A stretch of DNA of 64,000 nucleotides from contig CAVOYK010000004.1 of NCBI GenBank assembly GCA_963700665.1, positions 58,793 through 122,792 on the forward strand, in the 5' to 3' direction. The notes below the pieces were generated by a model. It was not told where the DNA came from, did no database searches, and saw only the letters and a program-made list of their open reading frames with translations. The DNA is from an uncultured Actinomycetes bacterium (lineage in GTDB: Bacteria > Actinomycetota > Coriobacteriia > Anaerosomatales > PHET01). A program made the position numbers and the translations under genes. This document shows, one piece after another, positions 31,660-42,541 of this stretch (within the stretch, counting starts at the first letter, position 1; every line of letters begins with the position of its first letter).

Positions 31660-32095
31660 CCTGCGGGACGGCAGCGCCCATATCGCGGCCGCACGAGACA
31701 CGGGTGGCGGCGGGCTCGACACGCCCGCGCGACCTGAGTTCGAAGCAGGGTCGACAAGACGACGAAACCGCGAAAGCGCGTGCAGTCGCCCCGTCGCCGG
31801 GACGAGAGCCTCGCTCCCGCGGTACCACCCCGCTTGACGCTCGGACTCCTCGGCGACCTCGATGGGTCGCGAAGGCGAGCGTCCACTCGTGCGGCAGGTA
31901 ACGGATGCCACCGACCCGATCTAGTAGCCCAGCCGCGTGCGAAGATCGTTCGCGAGCGGTACGGCCGGTCGTTTGTCCGGGTGGCTCAGGGGCGAGTTTC
32001 GAGACGTCCCGCGCCGGGTTTCCAGCGACCCCGGCTCTCTGGTGCGAGGATTGGCCTCTACTTGTCCCCGTCAACGCCTTGCGTGTTCGGTTGGG
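31660..32095 (-). promoter_or_regulatory. T-box leader RNA, candidate Leu (CUC) specifier, upstream of ilvD-ilvB-ilvN-ilvC
   Basis: Minus strand, in the canonical 5'-to-3' order: AGAGAG (AG-bulge-like), GCTGGAAA (distal-loop-like), GAAA-CTC-G (specifier-loop-like; CTC = plus-strand GAG at 31994..31996). About 165 nt later comes GGGGTGGTACCGCGGGA (T-box core, plus 31818..31831), then the GC-rich helix CGCGGGAGCGAG/CTCGTCCCGGCG. Confidence 0.75.
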
Positions 32096-32100
32096 TGCCG

Positions 32101-32129
32101 AGTATACGCGAGGGTCTATACCCGGACAA
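32101..32129 (-). promoter_or_regulatory. candidate sigma70-type promoter of the T-box/ilv operon
   Basis: Minus strand reads TTGTCC-N17-TATACT, immediately upstream of the T-box leader. Confidence 0.45.
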
Positions 32130-32162
32130 GGTGCAGAAACACCCTGCTGGCGACGCAGCGTC

Positions 32163-32549
32163 CTACGCGGCTGCCTGGTCGACGATCCGCTTGATCGCCT
32201 GCTCGACCTGGACCGCGACATCTCCGATACCCGCGTCGGGGAAGAACGATGCGAGAAGCGTCGGAAGCATGGTCGAGATGAAGACCTCGCCGTCTTGCGT
32301 GTAGACCATGACCGGACACGGGAGCATCAGTCCGATCCGGATGTCGGCTGCGAGTACCGCGGCGGCGTGCTTCGCGTTGCATACTTCGATGATCGTCACC
32401 GGCTCGCGAGCGAAACCACGCTCGGCGAGTGTGGCGGCGACATCGTGCGTGAACTGAACGCGAAAGCCGTTCTCGGCGGCCTTGTCCTGCACCGCTTTGA
32501 CGGCCTCGTCGTAGGTCTTGGTAGTGGGAACCGTGTAGTCGAGGTCCAT
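32163..32549 (-). CDS. DUF302-family protein
   Basis: MDLDYTVPTTKTYDEAVKAVQDKAAENGFRV ... IIEVCNAKHAAAVL ... LPCPVMVY. This pattern is typical of DUF302. Start is at M12 of ORF 32163..32582. Confidence 0.6.
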   Translation of the reverse strand: MDLDYTVPTTKTYDEAVKAVQDKAAENGFRVQFTHDVAATLAERGFAREPVTIIEVCNAKHAAAVLAADIRIGLMLPCPVMVYTQDGEVFISTMLPTLLASFFPDAGIGDVAVQVEQAIKRIVDQAAA

Positions 32550-32634
32550 GGGCCCGCCTCTCGTCGCATTGCTCCTGCTCAACGACTCATACCCGATGGC
32601 GTGGCCGCATACGCGACCGCGGCGGGGTCGCGCC

Positions 32635-33816
32635 CTAGCGCTCGGCCCCCGAGACGATCATGCGCCGTCCGGTACCGTCGGGGCGGATGCTCATCAGCGC
32701 ACTGGGCTCGCCTTGATAGGAGTTGCCCTCGAAGTACAGCACGGCGCCGTCGGCGCTCCACCCGTACGGGTACGCGTCGCGGCGAGTGCCCAGCGAGCGG
32801 AAGCGCTGCGCCTCGACATCGAACACCCACATGCGCGAGTACTCATCGTCGCCTGTGGCGACCGCCAACACGTACGTTCCGTCGGGTGAGACAGCCAGGC
32901 CGTGCATGAGGTAGGCCGGCGCTGTCGGCTTCGCCGAGCCGACCTTCTTCGCCGAGAAGCGCGGCGGCTTGGAGACCCACAGGTCCCACCCCCGCGCATC
33001 GTCGGTCGGGCGCAGGAAGTACAGCTCGCCCTTGGGGCCCCAGGCCCAGGACAGCGCGCCGGCACTCGACCCCAGGGTGGCGGAGCCGCGGCCATCCGTT
33101 CGCGCGATGGTCACGCTGTCCGAGATGTCCGGCTGCACCGATGCGCCAAACGCGATGAACTCCCCCTTCGGCGACACCTTGGGCGACGCCCCGCGCTTGG
33201 CGAGGGTGATCGACGAGCCGCCGACCGTCTCGGCACGCTTGATCGACGTGACCTCGGCCCCACTGGCGTAGACGAGCCACGCACCGTCGGGTGCCCACTG
33301 GGGCGGCTCGGGATATGCCCGCGCGCCGATCGGGCTCACCGCTCCCGTGGCAGTGTCGTACACGGCGACGGCACCGCCCGCGGGCTGCTCGGCGCCGGGA
33401 GGGTACACGATCGCGAGTCTGGTCCCATCAGGCGAGATCGAATACGAACCGCCAGCGGGTGCCACAGCCACCGCCCCGGAGCCGTCGACGTTCGCGACGT
33501 AGACGCGCCCGCCCAGCGTGAACGCCACCTTGCTCGAGCCGAGTATCGCGGACTCTGCCGTGACGGGCGCGGCAGGCGCCGGAGGTGTGGGCTCGACGCT
33601 CGGCTGCGCCGTCGAGGTAGCGGTCGGCACAGTCGGCCGAGGCGGCGCCGAAGTCTCCTGGGCGGGCTCGATCGCGGTCTGCTTCGCCGGGCCGTCGTCG
33701 CCCGAGCTGATCGCCGCCCACACGCCGATCGCCACCACGATCAAGGCGACCGCCACCGCTATGACGATGACGATGCTGCGGACCCTCGAGCTGTCGCTGG
33801 GGACGTCCGCAGTCAC
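32635..33816 (-). CDS. membrane-anchored PD40/TolB-like beta-propeller protein
   Basis: Intact 393-aa ORF. TM IVIVIAVAVALIVVAIGVWAAI, a Pro/Thr-rich linker, then repeated SPDG/APDG blades (SISPDGTRLAIVY, WAPDGAWLVYA, VSPDGTYVLAV, WSADGAVLYF). Confidence 0.65.
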   Translation of the reverse strand: MTADVPSDSSRVRSIVIVIAVAVALIVVAIGVWAAISSGDDGPAKQTAIEPAQETSAPPRPTVPTATSTAQPSVEPTPPAPAAPVTAESAILGSSKVAFTLGGRVYVANVDGSGAVAVAPAGGSYSISPDGTRLAIVYPPGAEQPAGGAVAVYDTATGAVSPIGARAYPEPPQWAPDGAWLVYASGAEVTSIKRAETVGGSSITLAKRGASPKVSPKGEFIAFGASVQPDISDSVTIARTDGRGSATLGSSAGALSWAWGPKGELYFLRPTDDARGWDLWVSKPPRFSAKKVGSAKPTAPAYLMHGLAVSPDGTYVLAVATGDDEYSRMWVFDVEAQRFRSLGTRRDAYPYGWSADGAVLYFEGNSYQGEPSALMSIRPDGTGRRMIVSGAER

Positions 33817-33847
33817 GTCTCTCGCCTCCCTTGCTTTGTGTCTGTGG

Positions 33848-34939
<1,092 letters not shown>

Positions 34940-34985
34940 ATGGTTTCGCTTTCTGCCGGTTTCGCGAGCGATCTGGTGGTCGATT

Positions 34986-35636
34986 CTAGGGCTGCTTCTT
35001 CTTGCGGCGCTTCTTGGGCGCACACGCCACGATGCGCGAGGCCCTGCGCTTGAGCAAGCCCTTGCCGTTCTCGGCGTCAAACGCCATGATCTCGGCCGCC
35101 GCGAGCTTGACCTCGTCCGAAGCGTTGCCCGACGTCATCCGGTACACACCCGAGAGCATCGCCGGGAACTCCGCATCTCCGTGGTAGCACCGGATCGCGT
35201 CGGAGAGCAGCGGCCAGACTCGGTCCGAGCGGTGCGCGGTGGTAGCGCCGTACGACGTCAGCAGCCTGAACGCGGCGAGTCGGACCACGCCCGACTCCTC
35301 ATCGTGCAGCGCCGTCTCGGCACCGGGCAGCGCTCTATCCACCAGCCGCGCATCGACAGGCACAAGCTTGTCGAACGCGCCGAGGGTCTCCCAGCGCGTC
35401 TGCGATTCCGGGCGGTGCAGCGCATCTGCAAGCTCGTCGGCGTACGGCTTGAGCGCCGAGGCGTCGTGCAGCGCGACTTCGTGGACGATGCTGGCGGCGA
35501 ACTGCCGAGAGCGCCGGTCCTCGCCCGCGAGCGCCTCGACGACCCCAGCGAGCAGCTCGGGCTCGGAGATCGCGCGCGTCGCTATCTCGAACTTGTCGTC
35601 GTCGGGCGTGAAGGCCCGTGCGGCTTCGTCAGCCAT
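34986..35636 (-). CDS. hypothetical helical-repeat (HEAT-like) protein with Lys/Arg-rich tail
   Basis: Intact 216-aa ORF. Repeated helical segments. Ends APKKRRKKKQP*. Confidence 0.4.
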   Translation of the reverse strand: MADEAARAFTPDDDKFEIATRAISEPELLAGVVEALAGEDRRSRQFAASIVHEVALHDASALKPYADELADALHRPESQTRWETLGAFDKLVPVDARLVDRALPGAETALHDEESGVVRLAAFRLLTSYGATTAHRSDRVWPLLSDAIRCYHGDAEFPAMLSGVYRMTSGNASDEVKLAAAEIMAFDAENGKGLLKRRASRIVACAPKKRRKKKQP

Positions 35637-35671
35637 GAATGCTCCTTCAGAGAGGCAGATGGTGCCAGGGT

Positions 35672-36172
35672 CTAGAGGTTGAATCCGCCGTGCTTCTTGA
35701 AGTGCTCGACCAGCCCGCCGTCTGCGAGCAACTGCGCCATCACGCCTGGCAACGGCGGGAACGGGATGTCTGTTCCCTTCGTCACGTTGCGCAACACGCC
35801 TGCTTCGAGATCGGCTACCAGCTCGTCACCGTCGTCGATCAGGTCCGTATCGCACTCGATGACCGGCAGGCCCGTGTTGATCGCGTTGCGGTAGAAGATC
35901 CGAGCGAAGCTCTTGGCGATGACAGCCTTGGTGTTGCTGTGGATCAGCACGAGCGGCGCCTGCTCCCTGCTCGACCCCATCCCGAAGTTCTTGCCAGCCA
36001 CCAAGAAGCCGCCGTCGGGCTTCACCTTGTCGTAGTAGCGAGCGTCAAGCTCCTCCATCGCATGGACGGCCATCGCCTCCATGTCGGCGGACTTGAACTT
36101 GTACTTGCCCGAGATGATGTAGTCGGTGTTGATGTCGTCCCCGTACTTGAAGGCCTTCGCCTTGAGTTCCAT
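35672..36172 (-). CDS. leuD: 3-isopropylmalate/homoaconitate dehydratase small subunit, type 2
   Basis: MELKAKAFKYGDDINTDYIISGKY ... GKNFGMGSSREQAP ... AKSFARIFYRNAINTGLP. Start is M71 of ORF 35672..36382. Confidence 0.88.
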   Translation of the reverse strand: MELKAKAFKYGDDINTDYIISGKYKFKSADMEAMAVHAMEELDARYYDKVKPDGGFLVAGKNFGMGSSREQAPLVLIHSNTKAVIAKSFARIFYRNAINTGLPVIECDTDLIDDGDELVADLEAGVLRNVTKGTDIPFPPLPGVMAQLLADGGLVEHFKKHGGFNL

Positions 36173-36200
36173 GTGCGTGACTCCCTGTTCCCTTGCGCCC

Positions 36201-37464
36201 CTATCCGGCGAAGTACCTACGCGGGTCGGTGATCTTGCCTTCGATGACCGAGGCGGCCACCGTCGCCGGGCTGCCCAGATAGATGAACGAGTTGCTGTTT
36301 CCCATGCGACCCCGGAAGTTGCGGTTCGCCGTCGAGATGACGTTCTCGCCGTCGGAGGGCACGCCGTTGTGCGTTCCGACACACGGGCCGCACCCTGGCG
36401 TCACGAGCGCGGCGCCGGCCGAGACCAGCGTCTGGATGTAGCCTGCCTCGATCGCGTCGAGCAGGATCTGACGCGATGCGGGGGCGACGATGAAGCGCAC
36501 GTCGGGGTGGACCCTGCGTCCCTCGAGGATCTTCGCGGCTATGGCGAAGTCCTCTAGGCGCCCGTTCGTGCAGGTGCCCAGCACTCCCTCGGCGATCGGC
36601 GTACCCTCGAGCTCCTCGATCGGCGAGACGTTGTCGACCGCGTGTGGCTTGGCGATCTGCGGGCCGATGGCGTTGGTGTCGAAGGTGAGCTCGGTCTTGT
36701 ACACCGCGTCGGCGTCGGCGTTTTGGGCAACCGGCGTCTTTTCACCACGACCCTCGAACCACGCGAGCGTCTTGGCATCCGCGTTCATGAGGCCCGCCTT
36801 CGCACCGACCTCGATGGCCATGTTGCTCATGGTCATCCGTGCCTCGACCGACAGAGCATCGATGACGGGCCCATGGAACTCCAGTGCCTCGTACGTCGCC
36901 CCGTCCGCCCCGATCTGGCCTGCCAGATACAAGATGAGGTCCTTGGAGAAGACCCCCGGCTGCAAGCTCGCCGTCGTAGGTGACCTTCATCGTGTCGGGC
37001 ACCCTGAACCACAGCTTGCCCGAGGCCATCGCGGCCGCGCCGTCGGTGCTTCCCACGCCGGTAGAGAAGACGTTGATCGCGCCGTAGGTGCAGGTGTGGC
37101 TGTCGCAGCCCACCATCAGGTCGCCGGCGACCACGTGTCCCTTCTCGGGGATGAGCTGGTGACATACGCCCTCACCGACGTCGTAGACGGTCGCCCCGGT
37201 CTTCTTGCCGAACTCGCGCATCATGGTGTGCAGCGCGCTGACGCCCTCGATCGGGCTCGGGCTCGAGTGGTCCATGACCACCGCGACCTTCGTCGGGTCG
37301 AAGACCTCGTCGACCCCCATGCGCTCGAGCGCCTTGATCGCAAGCGGCGTGGTGCCGTCTTGCCCCATAACGAAGTCAACGTCGGCGATCACGATGTCGC
37401 CGGCGTGCGCATCACTACCTGAGTGTGCCGAGAAGATCTTCTCGGCGATGGTCTTGCCTGGCAG
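36201..37464 (-). CDS. leuC: 3-isopropylmalate/homoaconitate dehydratase large subunit, type 2 (one frameshift ~36950; no canonical start codon)
   Basis: ORFs 36742..37392 and 36201..36965. Strings: GKTIAEKIFSAHSG (upstream of the ORF-track start), [55 protein letters not shown], 9 nt, then CTG at 37464. Confidence 0.85.
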
Positions 37465-37626
37465 TTCGATCAGCCTCCTTGGTCGAACGGGAGCGGCGCG
37501 AACACGTGCGCGGCTCCCGACGCCGTTCTCGGTGATACGACCGACGTGCGAGGGCGAGGTGGCCTGGACGGCGATGCGTCCTCACGGCGACCGGCGGCCC
37601 ACGTCGGCCCGATTGCGGGAACGCAC

Positions 37627-37655
37627 ATTGTACGACAGGCTTCACCGCGTGTCAG
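37627..37655 (-). promoter_or_regulatory. candidate sigma70-type promoter upstream of leuC-leuD
   Basis: Minus strand reads CTGACA-N17-TACAAT, about 160 nt upstream of the leuC start. Confidence 0.4.
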
Positions 37656-37661
37656 GGACGG

Positions 37662-38498
37662 CTACCTGTTCTCCCTGTCCAGCACGAGCACGCGGGTGAG
37701 CTCGGCTCCGTACAGAGCGATCATCGACGTGTAGAACGCCCACAGCAGAACCGCAACGATGCCGCCCAGCGACCCGTAGAGCTCCACCCTGCTTGAACTG
37801 GCGAGGTATACACCGAGTGCCGCCTGACCCACCGCATAGGCGACCGCCGTGGCCGCGGCGCCCGGCGCGATGTAGCGCAGCTTGATCTTGCGTGACGGGA
37901 TCATCGCGAACGCGGTGAGGAACAGCAGAAAGGATGCGACGAAATCGGCGAGGAGGCGACCGCTGACAAGCGAGTCCAGCGGCGGGAGGGCGATGCCCAG
38001 CTCAGTCGCGAGCTCCATCGCCTGAGCGAGGACTGCGGAGAGGACGGCGCCCACGATCAGCGAGGCGACCAGTCCAAGCCCGAGTACGCCAAGCAGCAGA
38101 AACGCGAGCAGATGGCGACGGGCAAACGCATACATCGGACCGCGGCGCGGCGGCTCTTTCCATATGCGCGTCACGGCCAGAACGAACTGGCTGAACACCC
38201 CTGAGGCACCGAACAGCACGATCCCGGCCGTGACGATGACCGAGACGGTGGTGGCGCCGGCAGAGACCCCCAAGATGGACGACGCTTCGGCCGACGCTTC
38301 CGGATCGAGTGCCCGACTGAGACTCGCGGCAGCAAGCGACAGGGCCACGAGCAGCGGGGCAATGGTCAGCAGCAGGTAGTAGGAGATGGCCGCAGCCATC
38401 ATCGGGACGTTGTCCTCGGCAGCGGCGTTGATGACGTCTTCGACTACCCGCCTGACCTTGCGCCAGCCGTCTGCAAGATGGAGTCGCTGCTCGCTCAT
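37662..38498 (-). CDS. yihY: YihY/BrkB-family inner membrane protein
   Basis: C-terminal 278 aa of ORF 37662..39422, from MSEQRLHLADGW. Strings: AAAISYYLLLTIAPLL, WAFYTSMIALYGAELT. About 6 TM helices. Confidence 0.8.
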   Translation of the reverse strand: MSEQRLHLADGWRKVRRVVEDVINAAAEDNVPMMAAAISYYLLLTIAPLLVALSLAAASLSRALDPEASAEASSILGVSAGATTVSVIVTAGIVLFGASGVFSQFVLAVTRIWKEPPRRGPMYAFARRHLLAFLLLGVLGLGLVASLIVGAVLSAVLAQAMELATELGIALPPLDSLVSGRLLADFVASFLLFLTAFAMIPSRKIKLRYIAPGAAATAVAYAVGQAALGVYLASSSRVELYGSLGGIVAVLLWAFYTSMIALYGAELTRVLVLDRENR

Positions 38499-38506
38499 CG
38501 CGTCCT

Positions 38507-40702
38507 CTACGCCCGCCGGATGGTCCAGCAGGAGTGTACCCCCGGGGTTCGTTCGAAGTCCTTGGGAATCGTGCGCCGCGTGACGTCGTCGGCCACGAGC
38601 CCAGCGGCCGCGAGCGCCTCGACGTCGAGAGAGAACTTGCGCCGATTGCACGAGAAGACGAGGGTCCCGTCGTCGGCGAGAAGCCGAGCCGAGGCCTCGA
38701 TCAGGGCGACATGGTCTCGCTGCACGTCCCAGGTGTCGCGCATGCGCTTGGAGTTGGAGAAGGTGGGCGGGTCGCAGAAGATCAGGTCGTAGCGGTTCCC
38801 GTGTCGCCGCGACGATTCGAGCCACTGCAACACGTCGGCTTGAACGCACTGGTGCTGCGGGCCGGAGATGCCGTTGAGCGCGAGGTTGCGCTGTGCCCAC
38901 GCCGCGTAGGTCGGAGACAGATCTACCGTCGTCGTGGCGCTCGCGCCTCCGGCTGCGGCGTAGACCGTCGCGGTCCCTGTGTAGGCGAAGAGGTTCAAGA
39001 AGCGCGTTGCGCCGGCCATCTCCCGAAGCCACGCGCGCGTGTCTCGATGATCCAAGAACAGCCCCGTGTCCAGATAGTCGGACAGGTTGACCTCGAACAG
39101 CAGATCGTTCTCGGCCACCGTCACAACGACGCCGGAGCGAGACACGCGCTCGTACTGCGACGCGCCACGCTGCCGCTCGCGCCGCTTCACGAACACGTTG
39201 TCGTGCGCGACGTCGAGCACTGAGGCGACCGCCGCGCGCGCCCACTCCATTCTCCGCGCTGCTCGACCCGGATCGACGAAGGCGGGAGCCGCGTACTCCG
39301 CAACGTGCGCGTACCGAGTGCCCTCCCCTTGCGCGCTCGTGTAGACGTCCACTGCGAGATTGTAGTCGGGAAGGTCCGCGTCGTAGACGCGGTAGCAGCT
39401 CACACCGCTCTTGCGAGCCCAACCGCCAACGTGCCTGGCCATCTTCTTGAGGCGGTTCTCGAAAGCGCGAGCGGACTCGTCGGCAGGCTCGCGAGAGGCC
39501 GAGGGGCCGGTTTCAGACGGTGCCAACCGGGATGCGATCGCGTGTGGGCCGAACACGGACACCGGCGCCAAGATCTTGCCGTTGTAGAGCTCCTGCACGC
39601 GGTCCGCTCGCATGTCCAAGCCCGCGGCCAGGCCCTCGTCTGAGGTGATCACGGCAAGCGTCCACCCGGGCACTGCGTCTCGAACGACCGATGCGAGCTC
39701 TGCGTACAGCTCGGGAAGCTGTCCTTTGTCTGAGAGCCGCTCGCCGTAGGGCGGGTTGCAGGCGACAAGGCCCCGGGCGAAGCCTTCGGGTGGAACAAGA
39801 TCTGCGACAGCCGCGTGGGACAGCGTGACCGTGCCCGCCAGCCCCGCTCGGCTCACACACTCGCTCGCGATCTCGAGAGCGGCCTCGTCGACGTCCGAGG
39901 CCACTATGGGCGGCATGCTCTCCCGGCCTATCTCGCAACGCTCGTCCGCCGCGTCGAGCGCGCGCGACCACGCCGCTTCGTCGTGCCCGAGCCACCGGTC
40001 GAAGCCCCACGTGCTGCGAAGCAGACCGGGGGCGATGTCGCCTGCCACCATCGCCGCCTCGATGGCGATGGTGCCCGAACCGCACATCGGGTCGGCAAAC
40101 GCGCCGCCGGCCGCGGCGATCTCTCTCCATCCTGCAACCTCGAGCAGTGCGGCGGCGAGAGTCTCCTTCATCGGAGCGACCACCTGCACGCCGGGGCGCC
40201 GATAGCCGCGCCGGTGCAGCGGCTCCCCCGACAAGTCGATCGCGACCCGCGCGCGCGTACCGGCCACCACGACGTTGACGCGCAGATCGGGCGCCGAGGT
40301 GTCCACGCTGGGACGCACACCGCCTCGGTCACGGAACCTGTCCGCGATGGCGTCTTTGACCCGAACCGCGGTGAACTGCGTGTTTCGCAGCGCTGAGTTC
40401 ACGCCTGAGGCATCGACCGCGATCGTGCCTTCAGCGCGAACGTGGTCCTCCCACGCGATGTCGTAGACGCCCTGATACAGCGTGTCGGCACTGCTCGCTT
40501 CGACCTGATCGAGCGACAGGAGCACGCGCGAGGCGAGGCGCGACCAGAGCATGGCTCGATAGGCGTGAACGAGCGGGCCGGCGAACAGCACGCCACCGCG
40601 CTGCGGACGAACCCCCGCCAGCCCCAGACGACGCAGTTCGTCGGCGAGCATCGCTTCGACGCCGCGCGGACACGGGGCGAAACACGCGGCGCGCTGCACC
40701 AC
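38507..40702 (-). CDS. rlmL: bifunctional 23S rRNA methyltransferase RlmKL (THUMP + two SAM-MTase domains)
   Basis: ORF 38507..40879. Strings: CFAPCPRGVEAMLADELRRLG, DPMCGSGTIAIEAA, ACNPPYGERL, NLFAYTGTATVYAA, IFCDPPTFSNSK. Proposed GTG start at 40702, just after the upstream stop. Confidence 0.85.
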   Translation of the reverse strand: MVQRAACFAPCPRGVEAMLADELRRLGLAGVRPQRGGVLFAGPLVHAYRAMLWSRLASRVLLSLDQVEASSADTLYQGVYDIAWEDHVRAEGTIAVDASGVNSALRNTQFTAVRVKDAIADRFRDRGGVRPSVDTSAPDLRVNVVVAGTRARVAIDLSGEPLHRRGYRRPGVQVVAPMKETLAAALLEVAGWREIAAAGGAFADPMCGSGTIAIEAAMVAGDIAPGLLRSTWGFDRWLGHDEAAWSRALDAADERCEIGRESMPPIVASDVDEAALEIASECVSRAGLAGTVTLSHAAVADLVPPEGFARGLVACNPPYGERLSDKGQLPELYAELASVVRDAVPGWTLAVITSDEGLAAGLDMRADRVQELYNGKILAPVSVFGPHAIASRLAPSETGPSASREPADESARAFENRLKKMARHVGGWARKSGVSCYRVYDADLPDYNLAVDVYTSAQGEGTRYAHVAEYAAPAFVDPGRAARRMEWARAAVASVLDVAHDNVFVKRRERQRGASQYERVSRSGVVVTVAENDLLFEVNLSDYLDTGLFLDHRDTRAWLREMAGATRFLNLFAYTGTATVYAAAGGASATTTVDLSPTYAAWAQRNLALNGISGPQHQCVQADVLQWLESSRRHGNRYDLIFCDPPTFSNSKRMRDTWDVQRDHVALIEASARLLADDGTLVFSCNRRKFSLDVEALAAAGLVADDVTRRTIPKDFERTPGVHSCWTIRRA

Positions 40703-40704
40703 CG

Positions 40705-41332
40705 TCAGAACTTCGGTTCGATGCGCGGACGCGGGTCCACGCGCGGGTAGCGGTACGGCGCGAAGCCCTTCTCGGAGTAGAAGCCCGAGGTACCCCATCG
40801 GATCTTCGCGCGAACGGTGCCCTTCGAGCTGCTCGACTGGTGCAATCCCCAGTAGTAGGTCTTCGCTGAGTTCGCCCACCCACCAAAGACCACCGCGTGG
40901 CCGTAGGGCACGAGCTTACCGCCGATCCTGAGGGTCTTGGGCCGCAGAATAACGTCACCCGGGGACAGAGCGGACTTGGTGGTTCTCACGAGGCGCACCG
41001 GCAAAGAGCCGGTGTCGAGCGAGAGCGGGGTGCCCGAACGCGTCTTCAGACCCAGACACATGCTCACGAATCCGGAGCAGTCCGTGCGGTAGCCGATGGT
41101 GGCGGCCACAGCGCTCGGGGTCGCGGTGACGAGCACGCCCGCCTCGGTGGCGTAGCGACTCTGGCTATACGGGACCTTGACCGAGGTCCACACCTTGGCC
41201 CGCTTGATGACGTCAGAGCGCGTGATCGCGTGCGCGGCCGTGGGCATCGCAAGCGCAACGACGACCAGCAGCAGCCCGAAGCACGAAGAGGCGGGCTCGA
41301 ATCGAGTGTGTGCTCAGGAAAGACGACTCCAT
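40705..41332 (-). CDS. secreted NlpC/P60 (C40)-like peptidase (one frameshift in the signal peptide)
   Basis: ORF 40705..41247 with DCSGFVSMCLGL (catalytic Cys context) and YGHAVVFGG (His). Signal peptide LLLVVVALAMPTAAHA is reachable from ATG 41332 after one indel. Confidence 0.6.
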
Positions 41333-41334
41333 CG

Positions 41335-42114
41335 CTAGGCCCCAAAGCCCTCCACTGCATAGGTTCCGGACCTCTCGTCGGTGCGCAGCCGTATCAACCC
41401 CAGCTTCTGCGCATCTTCGAGGAACTGGTTGAACGAGCGGTACCCATATGCCTGCTCGGAGAATTGCGGCTGCTTGCGCCGCATGGTGTCCTTGATCAGC
41501 GAGGAATGCATGACCGCTACGTTCTCGCGCTGCAGCGCCTCGACCGTCTCGAAGAGCAGCTTGAACGCCGGCCTGTTCTTGCGCGGGATCGCATCTCCCA
41601 AGGCGGGTGCGCCGGCAGGAGCGCCGATGTCTTCGTAGTAGATGAACTCGTCACAGTTGGCCGCGAGCAGATCGCTCGTCGAGTCTCGCATCCCCACGCC
41701 CACAACCGTCTTGCCGTTCTCCTTGAGCCGCAGAACGAGCGGTGTGAAGTCGCTGTCGCCGGATACGATGGCGAACGTGTCGATGTGTTCCTTCGCGTAG
41801 CTCAGCTCCATCGCGTCGACCACGAGCCGGATGTCGGCGGAGTTCTTGCCGGTCATGCCGCGCTCCGGGATCTCGGTCAGTTCGATCCCCAACTCGTGCA
41901 GCGGGCTGCGATAGCTCTCGAACCTGCTCCAGTCGGCGTACGCGCGCTTGGCGACGATCTTGCCCTTCTCGACGAGCCTCTCCAACACGCGCTTCATGTC
42001 GACGGTCTCGGTGGTCTTTGCGACCCTCTTGCGCCCGTTGGATCGCGGCTGCATCCCCAGTGCGAGATTCTCGAAGTCGATGAATACGGCGAGTGAATGA
42101 GCTTCCTCTGCCAT
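41335..42114 (-). CDS. NYN (LabA-like) nuclease domain protein with C-terminal OST-HTH/LOTUS domain
   Basis: Start MAEEAHSLAVFIDFENL. Strings: KNSADIRLVVDAMEL, IVSGDSDFTPLVLRLKENGK. C-terminal string SEQAYGYRSFNQFLEDAQKLGLI. Confidence 0.65.
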   Translation of the reverse strand: MAEEAHSLAVFIDFENLALGMQPRSNGRKRVAKTTETVDMKRVLERLVEKGKIVAKRAYADWSRFESYRSPLHELGIELTEIPERGMTGKNSADIRLVVDAMELSYAKEHIDTFAIVSGDSDFTPLVLRLKENGKTVVGVGMRDSTSDLLAANCDEFIYYEDIGAPAGAPALGDAIPRKNRPAFKLLFETVEALQRENVAVMHSSLIKDTMRRKQPQFSEQAYGYRSFNQFLEDAQKLGLIRLRTDERSGTYAVEGFGA

Positions 42115-42262
42115 GTGGTCCCCTCTAGTCGTGGCGGCGCGAAACCACAACGCCGGCTCTTGTCTAATCGTACCCTAGCCGACAGGGGCTGTGCTCCCTC
42201 GCATGGGTAGGTACGTGTCAAGGCGGGAGCATGCGCCTCCCACGCCCACAAAAGGAGCGCTG

Positions 42263-42541
42263 ATGAGCGACGAGCATGGCGACATCCAAGCGATCGACGA
42301 GGCGGCCGGTCTCGTCATGTACTGCCGATCGTGGTGCCCAGACTGCGCCCGCGCGCGAGCGTGGCTTGAGGCACACGATGTCCCGTACGTAGAGGTGGAC
42401 GTCGACGAGGATCGGCATGCCCGAACCCACGCCGAGAGCCTCAACGAAGGCCGCCTGCATACGCCCACGTTCTGCTTTGGTGACGGCGTGTGTGTGGACT
42501 TTCGCGTGGAGCGGCTCAAGGACCTGCTCGACATGGACTAG
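42263..42541 (+). CDS. glutaredoxin/NrdH/mycoredoxin-like small redox protein
   Basis: MSDEHGD ... VMYCRSWCPDCARARAWLEAH ... TPTFCFGDG. SD AAAGGAG before ATG 42263. Confidence 0.7.
   Translation: MSDEHGDIQAIDEAAGLVMYCRSWCPDCARARAWLEAHDVPYVEVDVDEDRHARTHAESLNEGRLHTPTFCFGDGVCVDFRVERLKDLLDMD

Noticed and set aside
28618-31901. 575-aa and 449-aa plus-strand ORFs (28618..30345, 30552..31901)
   Set aside because: Antisense to ilvB and ilvD. Low-complexity Arg/Asp/Gly-rich translation.
31619-32221. 200-aa minus-strand ORF across the ilvD upstream region
   Set aside because: The region is better explained by a promoter plus a T-box leader RNA. The translation has no protein-like features.
38499-39422. 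N-terminal ~308 aa of the 586-aa ORF 37662..39422
   Set aside because: It overlaps rlmKL out of frame on the same strand and is Arg/Gly/Ser-rich. Only the C-terminal 278 aa (YihY family, from MSEQRLHL) look real.
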